Notes: generated by a model from the sequence alone, not told the origin. 64,000 nucleotides of DNA from Verrucomicrobiota bacterium (GCA_039818205.1 JBCBUK010000003.1:192001-256000), one strand, 5' to 3'. Counted from the stretch's first letter, positions 9,307 to 19,779 are shown. Numbers and translations are program-made.

Positions 9307-10743
9307 CTAAACGTCAAGAACCGTCCCTGCCTTGATCTCAGGCTTCGGCGATAGGCTCATCCAGCGAGAAACAAACGCTTCCTGAGTGTCCGCAAACTTG
9401 GGAGTAATCTCAAACTCAAATGGCGGTTGGCCATTTTCGTCTGATGCAATTTCAACTCCTGCCGCCTGCGCCCAGCGGGTGAACTCAGCGAGCTGAGCTT
9501 CCTTACAGGTTTGAGGCGAGTCCACGCCTTCGGCATTCTTTACTGGCGCGAACTCGTCTTCGCGGGTGGTTGCGATGATAACGGGATGTTGGGCGAAGGG
9601 CAGGGCGTCGAAGACGAACATTTCAAACTTAACACCGTTGGGGGTGTCTGGTTTGAAGGGAACGCCGTTTGCGTCCAAAGTGGCGACCTTTTTATCGGCT
9701 CGGTGAAAGGGAAGTGCGGTGTCTGGATTCTCTCCGCCCATGCGCTCGACAAATGCACGATCCAAGGTGTGAATCGCAATGGACCCGGCAATGAAGCGCA
9801 ACTCCCCGGAGCTCGTTGTTTCTTCGCAAAGTTCGTCGGGCATGTCGCTGTATTCGACCACGATCGTTTTGTCGCGCTGGGTGCAAAAGTGCCCAACTTT
9901 TTCGCCAGGGTAGGCTTTGGGCAGCATCTTAGAGGACATTTCACTACCGGCTTGGATGTGGAATCCAATAAGTGCCGGGTCGATGCCGCGGACAAGGGGA
10001 TTGTCGACCTGGAAGTAGCTGATCACATCAATGCCTGCATCCTTCATGATCTCGGTGGATCCGCTGCGGACCAGAGCGCGCAAAGAACCGCCATGTCCAT
10101 CGGGGCTCATCGCGATTTGATCTTTGTCCTGTAGAAGGATCTTACCCTCAAGGTCCACGGCTGGCATCAAACCTTGTTGGAAGAAGTGAACGGTGTCTTC
10201 GCCGAGGCCAAAGAAATCGTTTTCTTTAAAAAACGAAACCGTTGCCTCGTGGTTGAGGTGGCTCGTCATGAGGAACCAAGGAATGTTTGACTCGTAGCGT
10301 CGACGGTTGGCCAAAATGCGTTCGGCGAAAACTTGAAACAGGGTTGCTCTGCGAATCGGGGATACGGGAAAGGTCCCCTTGGGGCCATTGAAGCCAAGGC
10401 GAGTGCCTTGGCCACCGGCTACCGTAAATGCTGCGACTCTTCCAGCGCGAAGGGCCTCCTCACCCACGCAGCGGGCTGAGTGCCAGCGCTGGGGGTCGCC
10501 ACCATGTTCGGGGCGCGGAATGTATGGGGCTGGATGTAGATCGCTGAGATCAACGCCGTGGGCCTCGCCTCCGAGCACCAATTCTTCGTTGAGGCGTTGG
10601 ACCTCGCCCAGATCAATTTGCTCGGCTAGCGCGAGGAGTTTCTCCTTTCCGGCGTCATCCAGTTCGTCCCAATACTGGAAGACTTGGCCTTGGCCGGCTT
10701 GTTCGAAGGTATTTTTGATGGAGTCCGCAGCTGCAGTTGTCAT
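9307..10743 (-). CDS. UDPGP type 1 family protein (eukaryote-type UDP-N-acetylglucosamine pyrophosphorylase)
   Basis: VAGGQGTRLGFNGPKG, SPDGHGG, FQVDNPL, VEYSD, KFEMFVFDALP, EFAPVKN. Confidence 0.92.
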   Translation of the reverse strand: MTTAAADSIKNTFEQAGQGQVFQYWDELDDAGKEKLLALAEQIDLGEVQRLNEELVLGGEAHGVDLSDLHPAPYIPRPEHGGDPQRWHSARCVGEEALRAGRVAAFTVAGGQGTRLGFNGPKGTFPVSPIRRATLFQVFAERILANRRRYESNIPWFLMTSHLNHEATVSFFKENDFFGLGEDTVHFFQQGLMPAVDLEGKILLQDKDQIAMSPDGHGGSLRALVRSGSTEIMKDAGIDVISYFQVDNPLVRGIDPALIGFHIQAGSEMSSKMLPKAYPGEKVGHFCTQRDKTIVVEYSDMPDELCEETTSSGELRFIAGSIAIHTLDRAFVERMGGENPDTALPFHRADKKVATLDANGVPFKPDTPNGVKFEMFVFDALPFAQHPVIIATTREDEFAPVKNAEGVDSPQTCKEAQLAEFTRWAQAAGVEIASDENGQPPFEFEITPKFADTQEAFVSRWMSLSPKPEIKAGTVLDV

Positions 10744-10824
10744 GGGAATAACGCTAAGACTTGCTTTTGTGACAGGGCAAGCGAAAGACGCCCGTTTTGT
10801 CGGTTACAAAAGCGTTACCCAATC

Positions 10825-11514
10825 CTAGAATTCGACGGCGTCGCCGCATTCCATTATGTATGGAATCACACCTAAATCGTGAGCGGCTTCCGCAAAGCCG
10901 GATGGATCCTGTTCGATTAGCGCGAAGGTGTTGTAGTGGATCGGAACGACGTATTTCGGATTTAGCAACTCGGTTGCTTTGGCGGCATCTTCGGGGCCCA
11001 TGGTGAAGCGGTCTCCGATGGGCAACATCGCAAGGCCGATGTTGTGCATCTCGCCAATCAGCTTCATGTCGCCAAACAAGGCGGTGTCCCCTGCGTGGTA
11101 GAAGCAGGTACCTCCCGATTCCACGATAATGCCAGCGGGCATTCCGAGGTAAATCGGCAAGCCATCCTCGCCTGGATAGCTCGATCCGTGGAAGGCGATG
11201 GTGAGTTTTACCCGGCCGAAGGGCAGATTGATGCCGCCGCCAATGTGCATCGGCTCGACCTTGAGGTCATGCTTCTCGCTGAGGAAGCTCGCCAGTTCAT
11301 TATTGGCGATGACGGTGGCGTCATTGGCCTTGGCGATTTCGATGGTGTCTCCCACGTGGTCGTCGTGAGCATGAGTCAATAAGATGTAGTCGCATTTAAC
11401 CGTTTTGGGGTCGATGGTGCAATGATCGTTCCCGGAAAGAAACGGATCAAACAGGAGTTTCGCACCTTCGGTCTCCAAAAGGCACGCAGCGTGACCGAAA
11501 TAACTAAGTTTCAT
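10825..11514 (-). CDS. Metal-dependent hydrolase, metallo-beta-lactamase fold (UPF0173-like)
   Basis: THAHDDH, YHAGDT, LPIGDRFTMGP, PIHYNTF. Confidence 0.92.
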   Translation of the reverse strand: MKLSYFGHAACLLETEGAKLLFDPFLSGNDHCTIDPKTVKCDYILLTHAHDDHVGDTIEIAKANDATVIANNELASFLSEKHDLKVEPMHIGGGINLPFGRVKLTIAFHGSSYPGEDGLPIYLGMPAGIIVESGGTCFYHAGDTALFGDMKLIGEMHNIGLAMLPIGDRFTMGPEDAAKATELLNPKYVVPIHYNTFALIEQDPSGFAEAAHDLGVIPYIMECGDAVEF

Positions 11515-11630
11515 GGTGCCATTGGGTAACGATTCTCATCCTGGTGGGCAATCGTGTAATGCATCGTTTCCGCAAAAGATGCATTAATGGATTGATTTGA
11601 TTCCGTGCTTTTCTAGGATTCTGACCATCA

Positions 11631-12215
11631 ATGGCTGCGGTAAATTCAACGATGCTGCCCCTTGGCACCCCGGCTCCCGAATTCGCATTACCCGATGTGG
11701 ATGGGAACACGGTGTCGTTGGCTCAGTTCGACGGCGCATCGGCTTATGTCGTTGCGTTCATCTGTAATCATTGCCCTTACGTCATACATATTCGTAAGGA
11801 TCTGGCGCGAGTTGCCATGGAATACCATGAGCAGGGAGTGACCATAATTGGGATCAATAGTAATGACTATGAGAAGTACCCGGATGACAGTCCGGAGAAG
11901 ATGCGCTCCCAGATTTTTGAAGCCGGATACACTTTCCCTTACCTTATTGACGAGACCCAAGAAGTAGCCAAGGCCTACCGTGCGGCTTGTACGCCTGATT
12001 TTTACGTGTTCGATCGTGATCGATACCTTTGCTATCGTGGCCAGTTTGATGAGTCACGTCCGGGCAATGGTGTCTCCGTCACCGGGTCTGATCTGAGGGC
12101 GGCTTTGGACACGACCTTAGAAGGAGAGCGTATTCTTGATGATGTGCAAAAGCCCTCGATTGGCTGCAACATCAAGTGGAAACCAGGTAACGAGCCTGAC
12201 TACTACCTCAAGTAG
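11631..12215 (+). CDS. Thioredoxin-family (AhpC/TSA-like) protein
   Basis: FICNHCPYV, AACTPDF, PSIGCNIKW. Confidence 0.92.
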   Translation: MAAVNSTMLPLGTPAPEFALPDVDGNTVSLAQFDGASAYVVAFICNHCPYVIHIRKDLARVAMEYHEQGVTIIGINSNDYEKYPDDSPEKMRSQIFEAGYTFPYLIDETQEVAKAYRAACTPDFYVFDRDRYLCYRGQFDESRPGNGVSVTGSDLRAALDTTLEGERILDDVQKPSIGCNIKWKPGNEPDYYLK

Positions 12216-12227
12216 ACTGGGAAGGAC

Positions 12228-13190
12228 TTAATCGGGTTGATTGATCCAATCTTTAAGGATCGTTCCACCGACGAGGCCTAGGTTATCTAGCGCGGCAACC
12301 ATTCCGGGATAGTTCGGTTCGGCGTCTCCAATCAGATTCTCTACGGCATCTTTGCCTTGTGGCGGGGTGGTGAAGTTGCTCGCTCCCCGGAGCACCAGAA
12401 CGCGGTCCATGGATACCCGCCCGACTCGGTTGAGATGGCTCAGGGCTTGAAGGGTCCCGGTGTCCTCCATCCCCGAGGTGATGAATCGGCTTTGTTGATT
12501 CGTCCAGTAGTCGACCCACTTTTCGGCCCACTCGTTGTGGTGCGGTCCATGCCAGAATCGGGCTGCCGACAGTGAGGCGCCAATGTCTACTTTCGGGGCT
12601 TCACGGGTCGCGGGATATTCCGCGTACTCCTCGATCGCCGCCTTGAGCTTGTCTGGATTCGAGAGCTCAAGTTCTCGAGTTCGCTGCCATGCCCAGGCGA
12701 GGAGTTCGGGGTTCAATTGAAAGCGTTGGTAGGGGCGCCCCATCAGGCCGCTTTCGAGCGAACTGGGTCCGTAGGGCTCACTGGCTCCAAGCGGGAAAAT
12801 GCCAATCGGCCAGTCGTCCGGAGCGCTACGAATATCGACTTCGTGGGCGAGATCGCCGTCGACGATCCAGTCGGTCCAGTAGACACTGCCCAGAGTGCCT
12901 TCATTGGGATTTACGCCCGCAATTCCGCTAATCAACCAGTTAGTTTTTCGTAAATCTATCTCTGGGCAGAGCCCCAAAGCCATGAGCGAAACTGCCGTAT
13001 TTGCGGTTCCAACGCCCGCAACGAGCGCGATTAGAGACATATCTTCCGTGGCGTAAATGTGATCTAGGCCGCATCCAGAAAGTTCTAAAGGCTTGATGTT
13101 GAATTGCTTGCGGTATGGAGTGAGCTCGCCGAGTTGATGGCCGTCGGGCTCAAACATGGTTACAAGCACTGCTTTTACGGGCTGAGGCAT
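12228..13190 (-). CDS. Purine nucleoside permease (NUP) family protein
   Basis: VTMFEP, WLISGIAGVNP..GTLGS, DGDLAHEVD, MEDTG, VLVLRGASNF. Confidence 0.85.
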   Translation of the reverse strand: MPQPVKAVLVTMFEPDGHQLGELTPYRKQFNIKPLELSGCGLDHIYATEDMSLIALVAGVGTANTAVSLMALGLCPEIDLRKTNWLISGIAGVNPNEGTLGSVYWTDWIVDGDLAHEVDIRSAPDDWPIGIFPLGASEPYGPSSLESGLMGRPYQRFQLNPELLAWAWQRTRELELSNPDKLKAAIEEYAEYPATREAPKVDIGASLSAARFWHGPHHNEWAEKWVDYWTNQQSRFITSGMEDTGTLQALSHLNRVGRVSMDRVLVLRGASNFTTPPQGKDAVENLIGDAEPNYPGMVAALDNLGLVGGTILKDWINQPD

Positions 13191-13366
13191 AGTATTAGCA
13201 TTGCCAAATTGTCACGGAACGCACGCCAAAATCGGGCTCGACCTGGGAAGGGTTCACATTAAAAAGAAATCCTTCCGAATCCCAATCAGAGACTACTTGG
13301 TTTTCCCTAACTTTGTAGACTTAAGCACAGTATAATCCCATTACCATTTGATCTGCACCCCTGAAC

Positions 13367-14758
13367 ATGGACCTGATACATTCGTTATCCGATATTTGCC
13401 TATGTTATCTGCCTGACTCAAACGCCTACGTTCGACTAAAAAGCCAGCTGGAATCCGCGGAGGCGTTCTTGAGCCGTCCGCCGATAATCGCCTGCCCAAA
13501 GACAGTTGAGCAGGTTGCTTCACTCGTTGACTGGGCAAATTGGGAAGGCTATGCGCTAACCGTAAAGGGTGGTGGTCACAGCCGCATGTGTGCGCATGAC
13601 CAGGCGATTATGGTCGATCTCAGTGGTTTTCGCCGCGCTGAGTGGGATGGTTCGTTTGTTGTGGCAGGCGGCGGTGCCTTGATGGGCGATGTTCTCAAGG
13701 CTTGCCCGACAGGCATGGCGGTCCCAATTGGTGCTGCTCAAACGCCCGGCATGGGCTTGGCTCTGCAAGGTGGGATCGGAGCGTTGACGCGCAGCTGTGG
13801 CCTGACCATCGACCACTTGGCTGAGGTGACGATTGTTGCGGGCTCTGGTGAGTTACGCATCATCAACGAATATAGTTGGGGCTCCGCCTCGGACCTTTGG
13901 TGGGCATTGCGCGGTGCGGGTTCTCAGTTCGGCATCATTACTGAAGCCCGATTCCGGACCTCGAAGATTCCCCGGACGATGCGGTATCAACAGCTCAAAT
14001 TGAACCTCGAATCGTTGATTGCCTACGGTGAATACGCCCCCAAGTTGCCGCGCGAGGTATCGCTCTCTGGAGTGATCGGTCGGGGAACGACAGATAAGGA
14101 GCACTCGCTTCTGCTGCAGGCAACCTACGCAACGGACGATGCGGAGGTTCATGAAACGGCGGATACCATCATCGATGAATTGGTGGCGCAACCCGGGAGC
14201 GAGGTTCGATGGGAGCTCGATACCGATGGCATCTATTTGAATGCGCCGTTATTTGATATGCCCAACGATGACGGTAGCTATGCCATACCGTGGCAACCCG
14301 GCGATCAAGCCCACACACGTCTTCGCACCTACAAGAAAACACTCTTTGTCAAATCGCTCGATGACGCTCATGCGAAGCAACTGATCGAGTTTTCTCAAAA
14401 AGCGCCGACCCCGTATTGCCGAATTGATTTTCAGCAGACTGGAGGGGCACTCCGGGATGTTGCGCAGGAAGACTCGGCGTTTTGGAATCGCGATTTCGAA
14501 TGGAGCGTCACGGTATGCGGTGGCTGGCTTTGGGGAACCGATCAAGAAGACGCCTGCGTTGAGTGGGTTCGCGACGTTCGCAACAGTTTACACGACACAA
14601 CCGCCGGGCAATACTCGGTCGAGATCTTTGGCGAGGATGGAGACTTCGACAAAGAACTCGCGGCTTCATTTGGCGATCACTTACCGCGACTCAAGCAGAT
14701 CAAAGCGCGTTGGGATCCCCAGCAGGTGTTCCGGCACTACCTACAGCTCGAGTCTTAG
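13367..14758 (+). CDS. FAD-binding oxidoreductase, berberine-bridge-enzyme-like
   Basis: VKGGGHS (covalent-FAD His), LQGGIG, DLWWALRGAG.QFGIIT, C-terminal RLKQIKARWDPQQVFR. Confidence 0.88.
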   Translation: MDLIHSLSDICLCYLPDSNAYVRLKSQLESAEAFLSRPPIIACPKTVEQVASLVDWANWEGYALTVKGGGHSRMCAHDQAIMVDLSGFRRAEWDGSFVVAGGGALMGDVLKACPTGMAVPIGAAQTPGMGLALQGGIGALTRSCGLTIDHLAEVTIVAGSGELRIINEYSWGSASDLWWALRGAGSQFGIITEARFRTSKIPRTMRYQQLKLNLESLIAYGEYAPKLPREVSLSGVIGRGTTDKEHSLLLQATYATDDAEVHETADTIIDELVAQPGSEVRWELDTDGIYLNAPLFDMPNDDGSYAIPWQPGDQAHTRLRTYKKTLFVKSLDDAHAKQLIEFSQKAPTPYCRIDFQQTGGALRDVAQEDSAFWNRDFEWSVTVCGGWLWGTDQEDACVEWVRDVRNSLHDTTAGQYSVEIFGEDGDFDKELAASFGDHLPRLKQIKARWDPQQVFRHYLQLES

Positions 14759-16116
14759 ACGCCAACCCCTTCGAGGACGAGTTCGCCCATGAGAATGGTT
14801 GCCGTTGCCTCGGTGATCTTTACGGAAACGAGCTCTCCGACCAAGCGTTCGTTCGCGGCAAAGATGACTTTACGGTGTCCGCGGGTGCGGCCCATATACA
14901 TGCCTTCACCCTTGCGCGCGGGTCCTTCGACCAGGACCTCTTGCTCGGTGTCCACGTAGGTTTCATTTCGGGTAAGCGAATACTCAGCCAATTGGTCCAG
15001 CAGTGCTTGGTTACGCTCGAGTTTGACCTCTTCGCTAATGGGATCTCCCAGTGGTTCTGCGGTTGTTCCCGGGCGGACGCTATATTTGAAGATGAATGCC
15101 ATATCGAAGCGGATTTCTTCAAAGGCCTGGCGGGTCATTTCAAAGTCCTCTTCCGTCTCTCCGGGAAAGCCAACGATGACGTCGGTTGAGATGCAAAGGT
15201 CGGGGCAGCGCTCACGAAGAGCATTGATGATCCGCTTGAAGCGCTCGACCGAGTAGGGGCGGCGCATTTCCTTTAGGATGCGGTCACTGCCACTTTGCAT
15301 TGGAAAGTGAATATACTCGCAAAGTTTCTCCAGGCGACCGTAGCAATTGATCAAGTCCTCGCGGAAACCAACAGGATGCGGGCTCGTAAAGCGAATGCGT
15401 TCGATGCCATCAATCTCGTTGACGCGTTCCAGTAACTGCACAAATGGGCTTTTGCCGTCAACGAAGGGAAATTCACGCACCGCATACTGGTTTACAATTT
15501 GTCCAAGCAGGGTAACTTCTTTAGTCCCGTTGGCAGCGAGCTCTTCGATTTCGGCAACGATGTCGTCCATCGGCCGGGCACGTTCTTCGCCGCGTGTTTT
15601 CGGCACGATGCAGTAACTGCACTTCATGTTGCAGCCCTGCATAATGCTGACGAAGGCGCTGACTTGCCGTTCGCTGTCGTGTTGGCGAATCGTGTTCTGG
15701 CTTCCTTCCTCTGCTTCGAGATCGACAATGGTTTCCGGGCGGGGCCCTTGGCCCTGGCGGGTCGCGATCAAGTGATCGAGGTGATCGGGAACTGCGTGGA
15801 ATTTCTGAGTGCCGACGAGGAGGTCCAAATCAGGTAGCCGATCCAGAATGTCTTCACCACGGTTCTGTGCCATGCAGCCCATGACTCCAATCATGAAGTC
15901 GGGATTCTTTCTCCGGCGCTTGCGCAAGTGGCCGGCCTTACCCAGAGCCTTTTGTTCAGCGAGTTCACGGACCGAGCAGGTGTTCAGCAAAACGATATCA
16001 GCTTCCGCCTCGTCGGCGACAATACTATAGCCACGTCCGCGCAGCATCGCGGCGACCGCGTCGGAGTCGCGCTCGTTCATTTGGCACCCGTAGGTCTTGA
16101 TGTGAACTCGGTTCAT
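14755..16116 (-). CDS. miaB: tRNA-2-methylthio-N6-dimethylallyladenosine synthase
   Basis: TYGCQMN, NTCSVRE, radical SAM GCNMKCSYC, IVGFPGET, C-terminal TRAM region; start at MNRVHIK. Confidence 0.96.
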   Translation of the reverse strand: MNRVHIKTYGCQMNERDSDAVAAMLRGRGYSIVADEAEADIVLLNTCSVRELAEQKALGKAGHLRKRRRKNPDFMIGVMGCMAQNRGEDILDRLPDLDLLVGTQKFHAVPDHLDHLIATRQGQGPRPETIVDLEAEEGSQNTIRQHDSERQVSAFVSIMQGCNMKCSYCIVPKTRGEERARPMDDIVAEIEELAANGTKEVTLLGQIVNQYAVREFPFVDGKSPFVQLLERVNEIDGIERIRFTSPHPVGFREDLINCYGRLEKLCEYIHFPMQSGSDRILKEMRRPYSVERFKRIINALRERCPDLCISTDVIVGFPGETEEDFEMTRQAFEEIRFDMAFIFKYSVRPGTTAEPLGDPISEEVKLERNQALLDQLAEYSLTRNETYVDTEQEVLVEGPARKGEGMYMGRTRGHRKVIFAANERLVGELVSVKITEATATILMGELVLEGVGV

Positions 16117-16252
16117 TGAGCAAAAGAAAATCCTGCACATTGGGTATTTATCCCGTGCGGGTCAAGTTTGGTCTGCGTTTGCGGGCTCCGACAAGTTATT
16201 CACTTTCGGACGATTTGCTGGTGTTTGACGCGAGCATTGTTATGAGTGCTCT

Positions 16253-17035
16253 ATGCGTTCATTTATTATTTTTCTTCTGTCGGTCACAATTGCATCTCTG
16301 GTTCACGCGGAGCAGAAAATTGATGTTTTCCCGCTGGAGAACCGCGAGGCGTCCTCACTGGTTTCCGTCATCGGTAGCGTCATTGGACCGGAAGGGCGGG
16401 TCAGCGTTGATGACCGGACCAACAGCTTGATCGTTTCCTATCCGGCAGAAAAAGAGGCAGACTTACGACGCATTATCGCGCAGTTGGATCAGGCGGATCC
16501 CAACATCGAGCTGGAGTTGGTCACCATTGAGGCGAGTTCCGAAGTGTTTAACCATTTGGGGTTAACGGGCCGAACGCATTTTGGTGCCAATGCCTACGCG
16601 TCGCTATTGCCTTTGTTAACCGAGAATCGCGACGCTAAGGTTGAGCGTTCGCAGCGAATCACGACCCGTAACAATACCCCGGCGAACCTGACACTTGCGA
16701 CAGGCCCAGCAGCACCCGTATACCGTGACCATCACGGCTATCGTGCTCCTCAGGTCCAGTATCTGGAGGTCCTGCCTCGACTCCTTGCGGATAACAATAT
16801 CGAGGTAAAACTGGCGGCGGGCTCTCCAACCCTCGACCGTGGGCATAATTCACGCAGTGAGGTATTTACCACCGTTTTGGTCGAAAATGGGGGTGCTATA
16901 GCCGTTGCGGGACACAATTCGAGCAGTTCATCGAGTAGTAAAGCTCAGGTGCCCATCATTCCTTTTGGACTGGAAAGCAATAAAAGTGGGAATACAGAAC
17001 GCGTTGTACTGCTCCATGTTAGAAAGCAGAATTAG
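16253..17035 (+). CDS. Short secretin-like protein (signal peptide, Secretin_N/NolW repeat, reduced secretin domain)
   Basis: Signal peptide; VSVDDRTNSLIV...LRRIIAQLDQ..PNIELE; ITTRNNTPA and TTVLVENGGAIAVAG resemble secretin-domain strands. Confidence 0.7.
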   Translation: MRSFIIFLLSVTIASLVHAEQKIDVFPLENREASSLVSVIGSVIGPEGRVSVDDRTNSLIVSYPAEKEADLRRIIAQLDQADPNIELELVTIEASSEVFNHLGLTGRTHFGANAYASLLPLLTENRDAKVERSQRITTRNNTPANLTLATGPAAPVYRDHHGYRAPQVQYLEVLPRLLADNNIEVKLAAGSPTLDRGHNSRSEVFTTVLVENGGAIAVAGHNSSSSSSSKAQVPIIPFGLESNKSGNTERVVLLHVRKQN

Positions 17036-17189
17036 CCGACAATTTACTCAAGAATTTTCGATAACGGACGATTTAGTAATCTGTTATTGTTCTAGGGGAA
17101 ATACTGATGGAAAAATACCTTATAAATTGACAGCCCTGGGATGTTTGACCTATTTTTAACAACATTCTACTGTGTTCGTATCTATTCCG

Positions 17190-17621
17190 ATGAGTGATCA
17201 GCCGAAAGTGTTCGTCTATGGCACCTTGAAGCCTGGGGGGTATTATTGGCCCCGCTTCTGTGAGGGGCGAGTGGTTTCGGCAATTCCAGCACGGGTGAAG
17301 GGGCAATTGTTTGCGCTTCCGGCCGGTTATCCGGCGCTTACCCACGGCGATGGCTGGACGCACGGTTACCTGCTCACTTTGAAAGATGCTGCGGTCCTGG
17401 CTGGCTTCGATTCCCTCGAAGGCTATGAAGTTGGTCGGAGATCAGAGGACAACGAATACGATCGGGTCGAGATCGACGTTTACTGGGAAGATGGTGGAAT
17501 TGCTGGCCGATCCTGGACCTACATGATGTCGATTGACCGAATCAATGCGCTTAAAGGAGTCCTGATTTCCAACGGGGAGTGGGATGTTGATGATCCGGAC
17601 GAGATCCCGGCTTTGAACTAG
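17190..17621 (+). CDS. Gamma-glutamylcyclotransferase (AIG2-like) family protein
   Basis: VFVYGTLKPG, GYPAL, FDSLEGY, EYDR. Confidence 0.9.
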   Translation: MSDQPKVFVYGTLKPGGYYWPRFCEGRVVSAIPARVKGQLFALPAGYPALTHGDGWTHGYLLTLKDAAVLAGFDSLEGYEVGRRSEDNEYDRVEIDVYWEDGGIAGRSWTYMMSIDRINALKGVLISNGEWDVDDPDEIPALN

Positions 17622-17742
17622 AGAGTCGTTTCGCGGTCAGAATTTGGAGAAATCCCTCCGATTTGCGGGATGTTCGCACCTTTTTGACGTTTCAGCGCAA
17701 AAGAAATTGATTCACAGTAACTTCACGTGAATCGTTGCTGAA

Positions 17743-19176
17743 ATGAGTAATTCTGACGTTATACCCGACGTTTTGGCGGATCGATACGCATCGCAAGAGA
17801 TGCGCAACATTTGGTCCGCCCAAGGTCGTATTGTATTGGAGCGCGAGTTCTGGATCGCGGTGATGAAAGCCCAACGCGGTTTGGGTCTCGATATTCCCAA
17901 AGAGGCGATCGAAGCCTATGAGGCCGTCAAGGAGCAGGTGGACGTTGAGTCGATCCGCCAGCGCGAGGCGGTCACCCGCCATGACGTAAAAGCGCGTATC
18001 GAGGAGTTTAATGCGCTGGCCGGCGCGGAGCATATCCACAAGGGGATGACGAGTCGCGACCTAACGGAAAACGTCGAGCAGCTACAGGTCTGGCGTGCGC
18101 TGCGGGTTATCGCCACCAAGAGTGTGGCGGCTCTTTTGGCATTTTCTCGTCGTGCGGAAGAATACAAGGGCTTGGTCGTGTCTGGCCGAACTCACAACGT
18201 TGTCGCCCAAACTACCACCTTCGGCAAGCGATTGGCGATGTTTGGTGAGGATCTGGAGCGCGCGATTGCCAGTTTTGAACAGATGCTGAAGCAATATGCC
18301 GCTCGTGGGCTCAAAGGAGCTGTGGGCACCCAACTGGATCAGCTGAATTTGTTTGAGCTCAATGCAGGCTTGGTTTCCAAGCTCGAAGACGAGATTGTGC
18401 GTCACTTGGGTGTGCCGCGTAGCTTGGATAATGTCGGGCAGGTCTACCCGCGGAGCATGGACTTCGAGGTTGTCAGTTCGCTTTATCAGTTGGCTTCCGG
18501 ACCAGCGTCTTTTGCCAAGACCCTGCGGTTGATGGCTGGCCATGAGCTGGCCGGAGAAGGATTTCTACCGGGACAAGTCGGTTCATCGGCCATGCCGCAC
18601 AAGATGAACAGCCGTTCCTGTGAGCGGATCAATGGGTTTCAGGTCATCTTGCGGGGCTACCTGGAGATGGCGGCCAGCCTGGCGGGCGATCAATGGAATG
18701 AGGGCGATGTGTCCTGCTCGGTGGTTCGACGCGTGATGTTGCCGGATGCGTTTTTCGCCATTGATGGCCTTTTGGAAACCTTGTTGACGGTCCTGAATAA
18801 CATGGGTGCGAATCCCGCAGTTATCGAGCAGGAGAACCGCCGCTACTTGCCGTTCCTTTTGACAACGACGGTGCTGATGGCTGCAGTTAAGAATGGAGTC
18901 GGGCGCGAAACTGCACACGAAGTGATCAAGGAACACGCGGTTGCGACGGCCCATGATCTACGGTCGGGTGAAATTAGCCACAACAACCTTTTCGAGCGCC
19001 TCGCGGCCGACGAGCGTCTCGGGTTGTCTGGCCAGTACCTCGACCATATGATGGAGTCAGCCGGTCAGGCAACGGGCGCTGCCCAGGCACAGGTGGGATC
19101 CTTCTTGGCTAGTGCCGAGCAGTGGGCAGAGCGCTATCCGGAGGCTAAATCATACCAGCCAGGATCGATTTTGTAG
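17743..19176 (+). CDS. purB: Adenylosuccinate lyase
   Basis: RHDVKA, IHKGMTSRD, GRTH, GSSAMPHKMN signature. Confidence 0.96.
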   Translation: MSNSDVIPDVLADRYASQEMRNIWSAQGRIVLEREFWIAVMKAQRGLGLDIPKEAIEAYEAVKEQVDVESIRQREAVTRHDVKARIEEFNALAGAEHIHKGMTSRDLTENVEQLQVWRALRVIATKSVAALLAFSRRAEEYKGLVVSGRTHNVVAQTTTFGKRLAMFGEDLERAIASFEQMLKQYAARGLKGAVGTQLDQLNLFELNAGLVSKLEDEIVRHLGVPRSLDNVGQVYPRSMDFEVVSSLYQLASGPASFAKTLRLMAGHELAGEGFLPGQVGSSAMPHKMNSRSCERINGFQVILRGYLEMAASLAGDQWNEGDVSCSVVRRVMLPDAFFAIDGLLETLLTVLNNMGANPAVIEQENRRYLPFLLTTTVLMAAVKNGVGRETAHEVIKEHAVATAHDLRSGEISHNNLFERLAADERLGLSGQYLDHMMESAGQATGAAQAQVGSFLASAEQWAERYPEAKSYQPGSIL

Positions 19177-19203
19177 CCGAGCGGTGGCGGGGCAGGATGA
19201 TGA

Positions 19204-19779
19204 TTAATCGTTCTTCCCCGTCAGCTTGCTGAAGATCACGGAAGTCAGGCCTCGCTTTTTCGGCGGGTTTTCGACTTCGACGCTAGCGCCAGCTAGGACG
19301 TTCTCCTCTTTGACTGGGGGCGGCTTTGGCACTTGCGGCGGAGGCGCTCCAATACTCTTATGCGCTGCTGGCAGGGGGCTGGGAGGCATGGTTGCCCGCG
19401 GCGGAACCGGGGGACGCGTATGCATCATGTAGTGCTGACGCAATTTTTGGATGACTTGACGGTAAAGTAAAGGCTTCGTAAAGTAAGGTATCCCGGCTTC
19501 GTCCAACATTTCTTCATCAACCGGTGTCAAACACCCCGAGACAACGGCTAGCTTTATGCGCGGGTAACGTTCCTTTACCTCCATTAGATAGTCAATTCCA
19601 GCGCCGTCAGGTAGGCGGTGGTCCGCAATGATCAAATGGATGGTCTGCCAGTTCTCATCAACGAGTTCACGGGCATCTGCCAGGTTGAGTGCTGGATGCA
19701 CAGTATGCCCAAGTTTTCGCAATTGTTCTACGCCAATTGCGCTGAGCTCTACTTCGTCTTCCAGGAATATTATATTCAT
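19204..19779 (-). CDS. Single-domain response regulator with Pro-rich C-terminal tail
   Basis: IIFLEDE, IIADHRLPD (phospho-Asp), VVSG, FTKP; tail PPVPP...PPPQVPKPPP. Confidence 0.88.
   Translation of the reverse strand: MNIIFLEDEVELSAIGVEQLRKLGHTVHPALNLADARELVDENWQTIHLIIADHRLPDGAGIDYLMEVKERYPRIKLAVVSGCLTPVDEEMLDEAGIPYFTKPLLYRQVIQKLRQHYMMHTRPPVPPRATMPPSPLPAAHKSIGAPPPQVPKPPPVKEENVLAGASVEVENPPKKRGLTSVIFSKLTGKND

Noticed and set aside
13367..14758. FAD oxidase as the azoline dehydrogenase partner of the YcaO
   Set aside because: 47 kb away and of the BBE family, not the FMN nitroreductase-fold dehydrogenases of azole pathways
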